This document shows, piece by piece, positions 1 through 10,559 of a stretch of 64,000 bases of DNA (position 1 is its first letter; every line of letters begins with the position of its first letter). The position numbers and the translations under genes were made by a program. The notes beneath the pieces were generated by a model. The model had not been told where the DNA came from. It saw only the letters and a list, made by a program, of their open reading frames with translations, and made no database searches. Source of the DNA: an uncultured Nitrospiraceae bacterium (lineage in GTDB: Bacteria > Nitrospirota > Nitrospiria > Nitrospirales > Nitrospiraceae); NCBI GenBank assembly GCA_963706325.1, contig CAVPLT010000001.1, positions 320,001 through 384,000 of the forward strand. The letters are read 5' to 3'.

Positions 1-195
1 AGCCCGGCGACCGCTGTGACCGGACATTGGCCGAAATGACGTCGCATCATCGCATCCTACCCAGGAGCTGTACTCAGTTCAACCCGTTTTTTGCCGTCTA
101 CTCGAGCAAGCAGGCGGCTGGTCGCTACACTGAACATGGCGCGTTCCACAACATTCGGTGACGTTCTCGGTTCGGCTAGGCATTTCGCGCACGCT

Positions 196-204
196 TGTTA
201 TAAT
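196..204 (+). promoter_or_regulatory. Extended -10 promoter TGtTATAAT, probably giving a leaderless tdh mRNA
   Basis: TATAAT at 199-204, ATG 6 nt downstream, no Shine-Dalgarno. Confidence 0.65.
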
Positions 205-210
205 GGGGCT

Positions 211-1245
211 ATGCGTGCGCTTGTCAAAACTTCCGCAGGGCCGGGGCTGACCTACACCAATCGCCCCGATCCAACGCCGGGACCATCTGACGCCGTCATT
301 CACATCAAAGCCACCTCGCTCTGCGGAACCGATGCCCATATTTACAATTGGGATGCCTGGGCCCACAGCCGTATCCATCCTCCGCGGACGATCGGACATG
401 AAATGTGCGGCGAGGTCGTCGCGATCGGCGCGGATGTCACGCTCGTGCGCGTGGGGGACTACGTTGCCGCAGAATCGCACTTGACCTGTGGCGCATGCTT
501 TCAATGCCGGACCGGGCAGGCGCACGTCTGCAAGAACTACCGTATTCTAGGCGTTGACCTGGATGGATCGTTTGCGGACTACGTGGTGCTTCCGGAGACA
601 GTGCTCTGGAAAACCTCACCCGATATCCCGCCGGAGTTAGCCTCTGTGCAGGAGCCCTTGGGTAACGCTGTGGATGCGGCTCTGGTGGAAGACCTGACCG
701 GCCACACGGTCTTGATCACCGGCTGCGGCCCTACCGGACTTTTCGCCGCCGCCGTGGCCCGCACTGCAGGAGCTGCCACGATTATCGCAACAGATGTCAG
801 CGACTATCGTCTTGGGTTGGCGAAGCAAGTCGGCGTCGATCACACGCTGAACGCACGGACCGATGGGCCTGAGACCATTGCCGCAGCGATTCTGGATATT
901 ACCGGAGGAGAAGGTGTCGATGCGTCGTTGGAAATGTCCGGCCATCCCACCGCGCTGCACCATGCCTTTCGATCCGTAAAAAACGGCGGGCGCGTGACCC
1001 TGTTCGGCATTCCAACCGGGCCCGTCACCTGCGATCTTGCCAACGAGGTGATCTTTAAAGGCATCCGGGTGCATGGCATTACCGGTCGACGTCTGTTTAG
1101 TACGTGGTATCGATTGGCAGGACTGTTCAAAGCCGGCCTCAACATCCGCCCGGTCATCACCCATACCTTTCCGCTGAAAGACTTCGCCCAAGGATTTGAA
1201 TTGATCAAGTCCGGCCAATGCGGCAAAGTAGTCTTGTTTCCGTGA
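211..1245 (+). CDS. tdh: L-threonine 3-dehydrogenase (Zn-dependent MDR family)
   Basis: Motifs CGTD, GHE, CGACFQC..C and GCGPTG; adjacent to kbl; ATG 211 chosen (MRALVK). Confidence 0.93.
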   Translation: MRALVKTSAGPGLTYTNRPDPTPGPSDAVIHIKATSLCGTDAHIYNWDAWAHSRIHPPRTIGHEMCGEVVAIGADVTLVRVGDYVAAESHLTCGACFQCRTGQAHVCKNYRILGVDLDGSFADYVVLPETVLWKTSPDIPPELASVQEPLGNAVDAALVEDLTGHTVLITGCGPTGLFAAAVARTAGAATIIATDVSDYRLGLAKQVGVDHTLNARTDGPETIAAAILDITGGEGVDASLEMSGHPTALHHAFRSVKNGGRVTLFGIPTGPVTCDLANEVIFKGIRVHGITGRRLFSTWYRLAGLFKAGLNIRPVITHTFPLKDFAQGFELIKSGQCGKVVLFP

Positions 1246-1327
1246 GATCTGCGACGTACGCCGTGAGGGCGGCTCACACCGCTCTCCGGTCGGCGAGACG
1301 CCTGACGCTTCACGTCTGACGACAAAT

Positions 1328-2518
1328 ATGGCTTACAATTCTCTCAAGAAAGCCACCGAGCAGCAGCTCACCGACATTCGCGCGGCCGGTCTCTACAAAA
1401 CCGAGCGAAAAATCTTAAGCCCCCAGAGCGGCGAGATTCGAGTGGCGCAGGGAGAAGTCCTGAACCTTTGTGCCAACAATTATCTCGGACTGGCGAATCA
1501 TCCAGAGGTGAAGCAAGCGGCCATCGATGGACTGAGGGACTACGGCTACGGGATGGCCTCGGTCCGCTTCATCTGCGGAACTCATCAACTGCACACGCAG
1601 CTCGAACAGGCCCTCAGTGCATTTTTCAACACCGCGGACACCATCCTCTACAGCTCATGCTTCGATGCGAACGGCGGCTTGTTCGAAACCCTGCTCGACG
1701 AACGAGACGCCGTCATCAGCGATGCCTTGAACCACGCGAGCCTGATCGACGGCATCCGGCTCTGCAAAGCCGCTCGCCTGCGTTATGCCCATGGCGATAT
1801 GACAGAGCTGGAAGCACGATTGGCCGAATCGGCAGCGAGTCGCGTCCGAATGATCGTCACGGATGGCGTGTTTTCGATGGACGGCGATCTAGCGAAACTG
1901 GACCGTATCGTCGAATTGGCTGATCGGTACGATGCCGCAGTCGTCGTGGATGACAGTCATGCCACCGGGGTTCTGGGCAGCGGCGGACGCGGCACGCCTG
2001 ACCACTTCGGAGTCGCCGGACGAATCGACCTGATCACCAGCACTCTGGGCAAAGCGCTCGGCGGCGCCACGGGCGGATTTACCACCGGACGAAAAGAACT
2101 CATTGAATTGTTGCGCCAGCGCTCGCGGCCTTATCTCTTCTCTAATAGCTTGCCACCGGTCATTGCCGCAGCCGCGTTGAAAGCGTTGACGCTGGTAGAG
2201 CAGGGCGACCGCTTGCGCGAGATGTTGACGGAGCAGGCGCGATGGTTCCGCGGGCAACTTACGGCCCTCGGATTCACCCTCGCGCCGGGCGCCCATCCCA
2301 TCATGCCGGTCATGCTCGGAGAAGCCACACTGGCGGCGCAAATGGCGGAGTTGCTGCTGCAAGAAGGCATCTATGTCGTGGGATTCAGTTACCCTGTAGT
2401 GCCGAAAGGACAGGCCCGCATCCGCCTGCAGCTATCCGCGGGGCATACGCGTCCGCAACTAGAACGGGCCGTCGCCGCATTCGCCAAGGTCGGCCGCGCA
2501 CTCAAGGTGATCCCGTAG
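1328..2518 (+). CDS. kbl: Glycine C-acetyltransferase (2-amino-3-ketobutyrate CoA ligase)
   Basis: [29 protein letters not shown] (PLP lysine), [11 protein letters not shown]. Confidence 0.95.
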   Translation: MAYNSLKKATEQQLTDIRAAGLYKTERKILSPQSGEIRVAQGEVLNLCANNYLGLANHPEVKQAAIDGLRDYGYGMASVRFICGTHQLHTQLEQALSAFFNTADTILYSSCFDANGGLFETLLDERDAVISDALNHASLIDGIRLCKAARLRYAHGDMTELEARLAESAASRVRMIVTDGVFSMDGDLAKLDRIVELADRYDAAVVVDDSHATGVLGSGGRGTPDHFGVAGRIDLITSTLGKALGGATGGFTTGRKELIELLRQRSRPYLFSNSLPPVIAAAALKALTLVEQGDRLREMLTEQARWFRGQLTALGFTLAPGAHPIMPVMLGEATLAAQMAELLLQEGIYVVGFSYPVVPKGQARIRLQLSAGHTRPQLERAVAAFAKVGRALKVIP

Positions 2519-2522
2519 ATCG

Positions 2523-3500
2523 TTACTCTCTGATCTGATTCCGCCGCTTTTGAATATAGGCGTTTTTGACGGCTGTATAGAGATCTAGCGTCGCTTCCTC
2601 CACCCCTTGAAACTTTTCCAGGTTTAACGAGCGGTCGTTCACGATCTCACCCACGCGCATACCGATCTGAGCGATCGACGACGTCGTCCGATTGGAATGG
2701 GCCACCAATGAGGGAATACCGTTCACTTCTATAATCGGAAAAACTAACCAGTTGATCGGATTCAGGGCAATATCTCCAAGATACCCAAAGAAGTCCCGTA
2801 CAGTGAACGGTTGAAGGAACGGCACCACGAGATAGGGTCCAGGTTTCACGCCATAATAGCCCAGGGTCTGTCCGGTGTCTTCCTCCGGCGTCGTAATGTT
2901 CAGCTCTCGAGCCACATCGACCACTCCGCCGAACCCGAAGGTGCTGTTCAACAAAAAGCGACCGACCTCAGTGCCGGCCCCGGCCAACTTACCTTGTGCC
3001 AGATTGTTAATGAGGCGCGATGGAAAACGAAAGTTGTAAAACACATTGCTGATGCCGATCTGAACCGGATTGGGCACCACGGCGTTGTAACCTTGCGCAA
3101 CGGGCTTGAGCACCCACCGGTCCACCTGTCGATTGAACTCAAACACCTTCGTGTTGACCGGCTCCCAAGGATCGTACTCTTCTCCCCCGGTAGGGTCATC
3201 GCTCCTCGCAAAGGGATCGTAAAATGGATCGTCCTCAGGCTGGTTTCCCGGTTCCGCCTGAACGGTTTCGACGGCATTGCCTGTCGCCTTGGGCTCGCTC
3301 TGAGAGGTCGAAGAGACAACCTTCCGCTTCTCCGCAGTGTTCGTTACAGCCTCCGCCACCGTAGGAGGCCCGACCTCGTCAGCGCCGGAAATCAAGGACG
3401 GGCGAGATGGCCCGCCTGCACAGCCAAACATGGCCACTACACCAACAGCGTATACCATTCCAACGAACCATCTCACGCTTACCGATGTCCGATGCACCAT
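2523..3500 (-). CDS. mlaA: VacJ/MlaA family lipoprotein
   Basis: DPWEPVN..FEFN, RFLLNST.G.GG, EDTGQTLG.YG..PGPYLV.PF; lipobox-like MFGC; AAGGAGG before ATG 3500. Confidence 0.88.
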   Translation of the reverse strand: MVHRTSVSVRWFVGMVYAVGVVAMFGCAGGPSRPSLISGADEVGPPTVAEAVTNTAEKRKVVSSTSQSEPKATGNAVETVQAEPGNQPEDDPFYDPFARSDDPTGGEEYDPWEPVNTKVFEFNRQVDRWVLKPVAQGYNAVVPNPVQIGISNVFYNFRFPSRLINNLAQGKLAGAGTEVGRFLLNSTFGFGGVVDVARELNITTPEEDTGQTLGYYGVKPGPYLVVPFLQPFTVRDFFGYLGDIALNPINWLVFPIIEVNGIPSLVAHSNRTTSSIAQIGMRVGEIVNDRSLNLEKFQGVEEATLDLYTAVKNAYIQKRRNQIRE

Positions 3501-3727
3501 GCCTCCTTTTTCGGGAGGCTCTCCTCCTCCCTCCCCATCACGCCGTAGCGTCACTTCTGCAGCAAGCAGACGCACTGTACCAGAATGGCCAGGTACCCGC
3601 CAGATGATGGAATCTCGTCAGGTTGTTTTCGAGGCCGAAGATACCTTGACCATACGTACCCCATCTTATCAAGCGAACGACTTGTGAACATAAAAAACGC
3701 AGAAGGTGCGACAAGTTTCTCCGGACA

Positions 3728-4489
3728 TCAGCGCTTCAGAACAGAGCTGATGAATTCAGAGAGCTTGGCGAAATAGGCCCTCCCTCCGACCGACGGCACA
3801 TCATTATGATTGGCCCCCCGCACAACGTAAAACTCCTTGGGGGGCTTCGCGGCGGCGAATGCGCGTTGGCCCAATTCCATCGGGATAATGTCATCTCGGT
3901 CGCCGTGGACGAACAGCTTCGGCAACGAGAGGTGAGGCAGCCGATCCTCCAATCGAAATGCGGCGCCCAGCAGCCAATGAAGGGGCAACCCTAGGTAGTG
4001 GTGGCGGGCCACCGCCTCGATGGAAGGAAAGCAGGATTCGAGCAGCAAACCCATTGCCGGCCGTTGCGCAGCCACTGCCCCGGCGATTGCGCCGCCCAAC
4101 GATCGGCCAAAGATCGCTAGACGCTCCGGCCTGATGCCGCGGATATGCCGAAGATAATCATAGGCGGCAAGCGCATCTAAATAGAGTCCATCCTCTGACG
4201 GTCGCCCTTGGCTTCGCCCGTACCCGCGATAGTCGAACAGAAACACCGACAGCCCCAGCCGATAGAGCGCCTGGAGATTTTCCAGCCGATCGATCAGGTT
4301 CCCCGCGTTGCCATGGCACCACAGCAGCATGGCGGAGGTGTTCGGCTGCTCCACGTACCAGCCGAACAGTTTCATTCCATCAGCCGACTGAAACCACACG
4401 TCCTCCAGCGGGAGTCCACTGACTTTGGCCCAATCGCGCTCCTCCCACGGATGCGGATGGTAGACAAAGATTTGATCAAGCAAGCTCAT
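3728..4489 (-). CDS. Alpha/beta hydrolase (ABHD13/YfhR-like)
   Basis: HGNAGN, DYRGYGRS, GRSLGG nucleophile elbow, HGDRD, GANHND. Confidence 0.88.
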   Translation of the reverse strand: MSLLDQIFVYHPHPWEERDWAKVSGLPLEDVWFQSADGMKLFGWYVEQPNTSAMLLWCHGNAGNLIDRLENLQALYRLGLSVFLFDYRGYGRSQGRPSEDGLYLDALAAYDYLRHIRGIRPERLAIFGRSLGGAIAGAVAAQRPAMGLLLESCFPSIEAVARHHYLGLPLHWLLGAAFRLEDRLPHLSLPKLFVHGDRDDIIPMELGQRAFAAAKPPKEFYVVRGANHNDVPSVGGRAYFAKLSEFISSVLKR

Positions 4490-4565
4490 GCTATGCGTGG
4501 CGCTGAAGGTGGTGAAGAAGTATTGGATGCTTGGCCCTGTGGCTGGTTCCGAGAACCAATGTCCA

Positions 4566-5228
4566 TTAAAAATGCAGGCCGATTCCGAACAGACCGTAAT
4601 GCGCGCGAAAGTCTACCGCCAAGCCCTCCCAGTGATAGTTCGCGGAAAAGTATCGATACTCTCCGAAGATAAATACTTTCGGACTGACCATAGTCCGCAC
4701 GCCGGCTAAGTACTGATGTCCGAGCGCACGGGCAGACTCGAAATCCTTATCGGCCCGTCCGGTAATATTGGGGTTGAGCAGAGTGCCCTGCGACCAACCG
4801 GTACCGATCCCGACGTAGGGCATGACCACCTCACCAGGATAGCGGAGGACCAGATTAAACATCGTATTGAGGATCAAGAAATTGGAACGACCAATGCCGT
4901 TGTCCTGTCCATTCGCGTTGTTTGGAAAAGACAGTGCCCCGCCATGAGCGGATGAATCCAGCTCAAGCCCAACCACCCTTTTGGTAAAATGCGGGAATAG
5001 CCCTACCTTGATCCCAGCGCCAATCCCCTGTTGGACTGAGGCGGGTACCGTCGTACCCTGATTGTATAGATTCTGATCACGGGGCCAGCTTCCCAGCATA
5101 TAGACACTGAGGTCGATGTCGCCGAATTCGGCATTGTGGCCAGCAGATGGAGTCCCCAGTGAAGAAAGCACGATGAGAACGCAAACGAGGAGCCACATAC
5201 TGCCTGTACCGTACCATGCAGGTGGCAA
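4566..5228 (-). CDS. Outer-membrane beta-barrel protein (OmpA-like barrel)
   Basis: Signal peptide, PYVGIG, FGEYRY, C-terminal aromatic signal IGLHF; start may be ATG ~5198. Confidence 0.75.
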   Translation of the reverse strand: MPPAWYGTGSMWLLVCVLIVLSSLGTPSAGHNAEFGDIDLSVYMLGSWPRDQNLYNQGTTVPASVQQGIGAGIKVGLFPHFTKRVVGLELDSSAHGGALSFPNNANGQDNGIGRSNFLILNTMFNLVLRYPGEVVMPYVGIGTGWSQGTLLNPNITGRADKDFESARALGHQYLAGVRTMVSPKVFIFGEYRYFSANYHWEGLAVDFRAHYGLFGIGLHF

Positions 5229-5241
5229 TGGAACGAAGAAA

Positions 5242-5281
5242 GAAAAAGGGTCTTCGGGATAAATCCCGAAGACCCTTTTTC
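5242..5281. terminator. Intrinsic terminator, probably bidirectional, downstream of the TRL gene
   Basis: GAAAAAGGGTCTTCGGGAT-AA-ATCCCGAAGACCCTTTTTC perfect inverted repeat with A/T tails. Confidence 0.85.
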
Positions 5282-5300
5282 AGAAGCACAGAAACGGAGA

Positions 5301-5628
5301 TCAGCTACCCTTCACGACCGTGCACCATTCGCCGATAATACCGAGAATGTTTTTAGCGGTGTGATCGACGGAGGCCACCGTCGTGATCCCGCCGGCCGCT
5401 TTGGCTGCCGTCACGCTGGCATCACCGGTTGCTACCCAGCCCAGAGATGGACTGGCCGCATGCTTTGCCTTCTTTGGTGGCAGTAGCATGGTCCGTCGCC
5501 GTATCACCATACTTCACTTCGGTGAAAATAAAGCCCGTCATCGGAGATGCCACGATCTGACAGCCGGTGAGGCTGAGATATGCGGCGCCGATCAAGGTCA
5601 AAGAACACAACGCGGTCAACTTCTTCAT
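5301..5628 (-). pseudogene. TRL-like family lipoprotein, split by a single extra base near 5445
   Basis: Frame 1 MKKL..LTGC..KEGKACGQSI continues in another frame as LGWVATGDASVTAAKAAGGIT.V.SVDH....CTVVKG; removing 1 nt gives a 108-aa ORF. Confidence 0.85.
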
Positions 5629-5702
5629 AAGGCCTCCCTCTCGAGGTTATGGTTAATGCCCCCCAACTGTGCCCGTAGCATTGGGGGTTCTACTGGGGGC
5701 GG

Positions 5703-5731
5703 AGTATAGGTAAGGCCCCCAATCTTGTCAA
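5703..5731 (-). promoter_or_regulatory. Sigma70 promoter TTGACA-N17-TATACT for the TRL gene
   Basis: -35 at 5731-5726, -10 at 5708-5703, 17-nt spacer. Confidence 0.8.
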
Positions 5732-5780
5732 TGCGAAACGAGAAGAGATCATGCATCATGTATTGAAAAAGAGCGACGAA

Positions 5781-6200
5781 TTAGAGATTCTGACTGCGCT
5801 TCTCGGGTTCCAGAGTAATACCAAATTCTTCAGGATCATGTTCCCATGCCGCCGAAGAGAGCAGTCCAAATAGCGGCAGAAGAAACAACGCCCCGCCGAC
5901 AACGTCTAAAATTCCCAGTGTACTCAGCTTGCGCGAAGCAGATCGATATTGAGTCTGATAGCCTGGCTTTTGAACTTCCAGCAAGAGATTTTCTCCCCTG
6001 TATACTTCAAAATGTAAAGGAGTCGTCCCCATAGGTCTCCCGCTCATAATAACTCGAGCGCCAGGAGGATCGGATGATACTCCAATCGTCTCACTTCGAG
6101 GACCGAATAAAGAACACCCAGAAAGATGGCATGAGATGACTGCGAAGGAGATTCCTCTCAGAATTAGAGCTCGGTTACAGTGCAATAGATGCATGACCAC
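5781..6200 (-). CDS. PEGA-domain lipoprotein with C-terminal hydrophobic segment
   Basis: LSGC lipobox; VSSDPPGARV..G..MGTTPL; KPGY. Confidence 0.78.
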   Translation of the reverse strand: MVMHLLHCNRALILRGISFAVISCHLSGCSLFGPRSETIGVSSDPPGARVIMSGRPMGTTPLHFEVYRGENLLLEVQKPGYQTQYRSASRKLSTLGILDVVGGALFLLPLFGLLSSAAWEHDPEEFGITLEPEKRSQNL

Positions 6201-6300
6201 CTCCAGGATACGTTATGATACCTATATCACAGGAATTAGTCACAGCAACAAAATACGATCTTTCTCATGTCTGGTTCTATATTCTTTCTGCGCCATCGAT

Positions 6301-8256
6301 TCAAAAAAACGCCTGCACGGTGAACAACACGTCGTTGTCATGGTCGCGGTGGTTGTATTCCATCCGTAACGCCCAATTTTGAGCGACTGTATAGCGTTGC
6401 GCCACCGACCACCTCAGGTCGTCGGACGTCTCTCCCAAGGCATACCGCAAATAGGTCGTCGAAGCCAACATCCGCCACCGTTCCGTGAGATCGGCGTAGA
6501 AACCTAGCGATGCGCCACCGCCGATGCGATGCCGTTCCTCATAGGCCCTGCTGTAATTCCCCTCCACCTCGGCAAACGCAAACCAGACCTCGCGGCGAAT
6601 CAGATGCGTGTCTGTGGCTGCGCCGATGCCGCCGCTGAGATTCCAATTGCTGCATAGGTCGCAGGTTCCATGTTTGATAGTCTGCATCCCGATATTAAAC
6701 TTCCAGGACGGGGCATGAAACAGCGAATCCACCGGCGAGATCGACATGACATTCATCAACGTCGCTCGCTCAACTCGCGTCTGATCGGCTCGATTATAGT
6801 GGCGCAGGCTGATCGAGCCGAGTTCAATCTGTGCGTCGGGCGTGTAGCCGGTCTCAGGGTCGAGCAGATCATGGTAGGCCGTCCGGAGGCTCACTTCTTC
6901 AAACGTATCGTTGTTGCGCCAGCCGCCGCCCACACTCACCCGGGAGGTCTTATGGCCCAATTCCGGCTGCAAGGCGAAGGGACGAATCGCGAGATCTTCC
7001 GACGGAATCCGCAACAGACTCCGCGCGGTCAAAATCTGCCTGTTCCGCTCTCTCGAAGCGACCGCCAAGTCCTCGTCACGTTCACCCCTGTACCGCACAT
7101 AGTCGGAGGCCACATCCAGCACGAACGCCTGACGAGGCAACGGCAACGCCCGAACCTCCTCCGACTGGCTGGCCGAGGCATCTCGCACCACTCGTTTCAC
7201 CAACATGTGTTCTTCGAGGGACAGATGTTCACGTTTGCGGCGGATGAGCGTCACCCGAGACGGACGGAATGAGATATCAGTCACCAATCCTGGTTGGGCT
7301 GCGAGCAGACGAACCGTGTCGGCCGGAACGGTCCAAAATACAAATCGGTCGGTCAGATGTAGCGAAGGGTCTGCATATTCCAATATCGACAACAGGTGAT
7401 ACGAGCAATTCTCCTTAAAGAAATAATAATCAAATGAAGCATTGCCGAGTTCCCAGGCATGCATGAGGAGCCGCCGAATCTGATCTCCATTAAAGCTCAG
7501 CCTGTACTCCCAGATGTCGCGGTTCTCGATATCCCGATACTCCTGCACCTTGAGGTAATAGGGAACGGTCGAGAAGTTTCCGCGGTAGCCGCCGAAAATA
7601 CCGCGTATCGGGTAATCGAGATTCGAGCCGGGAGGGACATCAGCGGCAAAATTAATGGTGTAGGCCAACAGCCGGGTTTGCGCCGTCTGCCCCCGTTGGT
7701 CGATCCGAAGAAAGGTATGCCCGAACATCGATGCCGGATTATTCATGAACGCGGCGGGGAAAATGAGCGAAACAGATTGCGCTTCGAATCCGGCAAACCA
7801 TTGATCGAACCGGTCACATTTCATTGGCGTGAGCCGGCTGTCGTCAAAGGCAAGCTGCTCTTTCAACCACGCGTACCGTGCGACAAATGCACATTGCGCA
7901 GGCTGCTTTGAACGGCCGACAAGGTCAGGCGAAAAGAATTGTGTCACGGTGGCGGCAAGTTCAGCGTCTGGATCAGTCTTGCCTTCCGGAGACATGAAGA
8001 AGCCGGGCTCATCCTGCTCGCTCTCGTAGCCCCCAAATAACTTGGCGCGATAATGCAACAAGAGATGCCATTCGCGCTGGTTCGCCAATCGAGCCTCGTG
8101 GGCTCGATGGAGGAGTTCCTGCAGGTACGGCGTGGTGGAGTCTTCCGCCTCGACGGAGGTCGTGAACAGGTAGACGGTCAGCAGGGCAACCAATATATGC
8201 ACGATTGAAAGCAGATACAAGAACAGGGCTCCGATCAGCGACCGGAGCCCTGTCAT
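6301..8256 (-). CDS. DUF4105 (Lnb N-terminal-like) domain protein with a predicted C-terminal beta-barrel
   Basis: W..LLHY, QCAFVARY.WL, PASMFGHTFLR, ENRDIWEY, Y.FFKENCSY; ends FTVQAFF. Confidence 0.82.
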   Translation of the reverse strand: MTGLRSLIGALFLYLLSIVHILVALLTVYLFTTSVEAEDSTTPYLQELLHRAHEARLANQREWHLLLHYRAKLFGGYESEQDEPGFFMSPEGKTDPDAELAATVTQFFSPDLVGRSKQPAQCAFVARYAWLKEQLAFDDSRLTPMKCDRFDQWFAGFEAQSVSLIFPAAFMNNPASMFGHTFLRIDQRGQTAQTRLLAYTINFAADVPPGSNLDYPIRGIFGGYRGNFSTVPYYLKVQEYRDIENRDIWEYRLSFNGDQIRRLLMHAWELGNASFDYYFFKENCSYHLLSILEYADPSLHLTDRFVFWTVPADTVRLLAAQPGLVTDISFRPSRVTLIRRKREHLSLEEHMLVKRVVRDASASQSEEVRALPLPRQAFVLDVASDYVRYRGERDEDLAVASRERNRQILTARSLLRIPSEDLAIRPFALQPELGHKTSRVSVGGGWRNNDTFEEVSLRTAYHDLLDPETGYTPDAQIELGSISLRHYNRADQTRVERATLMNVMSISPVDSLFHAPSWKFNIGMQTIKHGTCDLCSNWNLSGGIGAATDTHLIRREVWFAFAEVEGNYSRAYEERHRIGGGASLGFYADLTERWRMLASTTYLRYALGETSDDLRWSVAQRYTVAQNWALRMEYNHRDHDNDVLFTVQAFF

Positions 8257-8278
8257 CGGTGGTCAGAATGAAAGAAAC

Positions 8279-8785
8279 TTAACGGCTGACGGCCAGCGCA
8301 AGGACAGGACTCTTGCCGACGGCGTCATTCAGGGCCTTCACGAATGCTACAGAGGAGGTTTCACCCGCCTCGACCATGGCCGTATAACGCTCTTGGGTCA
8401 ACGCAAAGAAGTCGGTATGCTGTTCCGCCGGAATGCCCATGAGGGTTGCCAAAGAGGCCAGGTGCTCACCCTTGCCCTGAGCCATCTCCTGGGACAAATT
8501 GTCAAAATTCATATGGGCAAACACATTCGTCCTCTGATCCGCCATCACCTGGCCGTCGTTGGTGCAGCCAGACGTCCCGGAACTGATTGCGAATGTATTC
8601 ATTCCCGTAGCATTGGTTGTCACCATCATGACTTGCGGCGCGATGTTCTTCTGGTTCTTATAATCGGCCCAGGCCAACTTCCCAAGACCACAGCCGGGTC
8701 CCGTATCGGGATTTGCTGCCATGGCCAATCCGGCTTGTGACACTACCGCGACGGCGCCCAACACGACGAATAGTTTTCTGAACAT
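8279..8785 (-). CDS. DUF3015 family secreted protein
   Basis: Signal peptide, GPGCGLG, TFAISSGTSGC, LSQEMAQG.GEHL.SLA; AAGGAGG RBS. Confidence 0.85.
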   Translation of the reverse strand: MFRKLFVVLGAVAVVSQAGLAMAANPDTGPGCGLGKLAWADYKNQKNIAPQVMMVTTNATGMNTFAISSGTSGCTNDGQVMADQRTNVFAHMNFDNLSQEMAQGKGEHLASLATLMGIPAEQHTDFFALTQERYTAMVEAGETSSVAFVKALNDAVGKSPVLALAVSR

Positions 8786-8911
8786 ACGACCTCCTCCTTT
8801 GAACCAGTGAATGAATGTTCCAAACGGCTCTTTGCCTTCAACCTGTCGATATTATAACGAACCCATTCTGTCATGTAGAGCAGAAAAATTGCTTCCGCTC
8901 GATAGAATATG

Positions 8912-9397
8912 TCACTCAGCCCGGTCGGCCAACGTGATGTGCTGCGGTTCAATCGTCGCATGGTGGAGCAGCAGTAATCCGATCGCGCGTGGCAGATGAA
9001 ACCGTTTCGGCCCGGCAGAACCGGGATTGAACAGCAGCACCCCTTCCCGCCATTCGGCCTTCGGCTGATGAGTGTGCCCATAGATACAGATATCCGGATT
9101 CGTTCGCTTCAAGAAAGAGGCGCCGTCGCGCGTCAGCGTTCCTTTCTCATAGAGCCGATGATACAGCGCAATCCGATATCCTGCCAGTTCGATGACCTGC
9201 TCGACAGGAAATCCGCTCGCCTGAAATCCATCCACATTGCCGGATACCATCGTCACAGGCGCAATCTGTTCAAGCTGCTCAATGACCTCGCGCTTCCCGA
9301 TGTCTCCCGCGTGTAGAATATGCTCGACCCCGGCAAAGTGGCGGATGATCCCTCGATCAAATATCCCATGCGTATCCGAAATGATCCCGATGCGCAC
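8912..9397 (-). CDS. Metallophosphoesterase (YfcE family)
   Basis: SDTH, HAGD, GNVD, GHTH, NPGSAG. Confidence 0.9.
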   Translation of the reverse strand: MRIGIISDTHGIFDRGIIRHFAGVEHILHAGDIGKREVIEQLEQIAPVTMVSGNVDGFQASGFPVEQVIELAGYRIALYHRLYEKGTLTRDGASFLKRTNPDICIYGHTHQPKAEWREGVLLFNPGSAGPKRFHLPRAIGLLLLHHATIEPQHITLADRAE

Positions 9398-9412
9398 CTC
9401 GCGAACCTCGCA

Positions 9413-10546
9413 TTATTTGCCGGGATCCGCCTTAGCCAACGAATCCTGGACCGTCTTCCAATCGAATGTGAATGGCTGAGAACTTCGTGTCGGCAATGCC
9501 GCCAATTCTGCTTTCAATCGTTCCGCACGAGCCGCACTCATGGGGTGGGTCGAGAACAGCTCAACGCGGGCTTTGTCCTTGTCCGAGAGTCGCTCGAAAA
9601 ATCCGATCATTCCCTCCGGCGCGATGCGGGCATCGGACAAGAGGCGAATGCCTGTGAGATCCGCCTCGGTCTCCTGCTCACGACCGAACTTCAACGTCAC
9701 CAGGTTCAATCCAAGCTCCTTAGCCAACCCGATCAGACCCTGCTGGTCGCCCACGACGATACTGACCACCGCCGCTAATCCTAACATTTTGACCATCCGC
9801 GCAAGACCGTGCCGTTGCAGCACATGATTCAACTCATGACTCAACACACCGGCTACCTCTTCGCCGCTTTCCGCCTTCTTTATCAAGCCGGTGTACACGA
9901 CCACGTAGCCTCCCGGAAGGGCGAACGCGTTCACGACGGCGCTTTGCACGACAGAGACCTGAAACTTGTAGGGATTGTGAGAAATCTTGTCCGTCAGACG
10001 CTGCGTCATTTCCTGCACGGCGCTGACTGCATGCCCCTCCTTCAGAACTGTTTCTTTAGACAAGGCATCTTGATACACCGCCTCCCCGAGCTTCTGTTCC
10101 CACTCGATGGGGATCCGGGCGACCGCCCACTCGACGATGAGATCGGAACCGAACCAGAGCAAGAGAACAACTCCTGCCACAACTCCCACAGCACTGCCCC
10201 AAAACAAGCGACGGCTGTGCCGCGCGCGTCGAACATGTTCGGCTGCACGCTCCAAGGAGGCTGTCATCTCCGGCGGCGCCGTGCGACGAAAGGCGATGAT
10301 CAGAGCCGGATCTTTGAGGTACAGCGTCCGAGCCGACGCGTCGGTCATCCACGTCAGGACGAGCTGATCATGATCCAGCCCACCGGCTGCGACGGACAGG
10401 GCCGAGAAGGTGACGGACTCCTCTATCAACGGCGACCCATCGGGCGGTATGAGGCGTATTCCCTCCGACGTCAGCAGGACATGACAAGGCGCCCCTGCTC
10501 CGGGCAGACCGTCGCCGAAACACAGTGCATTGGAAGTAGGTTTCAT
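9413..10546 (-). CDS. M48 family Zn metallopeptidase
   Basis: NAFALPGG, HELNH (HExxH), FGREQETEAD, STHP; one TM segment. Confidence 0.9.
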   Translation of the reverse strand: MKPTSNALCFGDGLPGAGAPCHVLLTSEGIRLIPPDGSPLIEESVTFSALSVAAGGLDHDQLVLTWMTDASARTLYLKDPALIIAFRRTAPPEMTASLERAAEHVRRARHSRRLFWGSAVGVVAGVVLLLWFGSDLIVEWAVARIPIEWEQKLGEAVYQDALSKETVLKEGHAVSAVQEMTQRLTDKISHNPYKFQVSVVQSAVVNAFALPGGYVVVYTGLIKKAESGEEVAGVLSHELNHVLQRHGLARMVKMLGLAAVVSIVVGDQQGLIGLAKELGLNLVTLKFGREQETEADLTGIRLLSDARIAPEGMIGFFERLSDKDKARVELFSTHPMSAARAERLKAELAALPTRSSQPFTFDWKTVQDSLAKADPGK

Positions 10547-10559
10547 CGGACGCGAGCTT

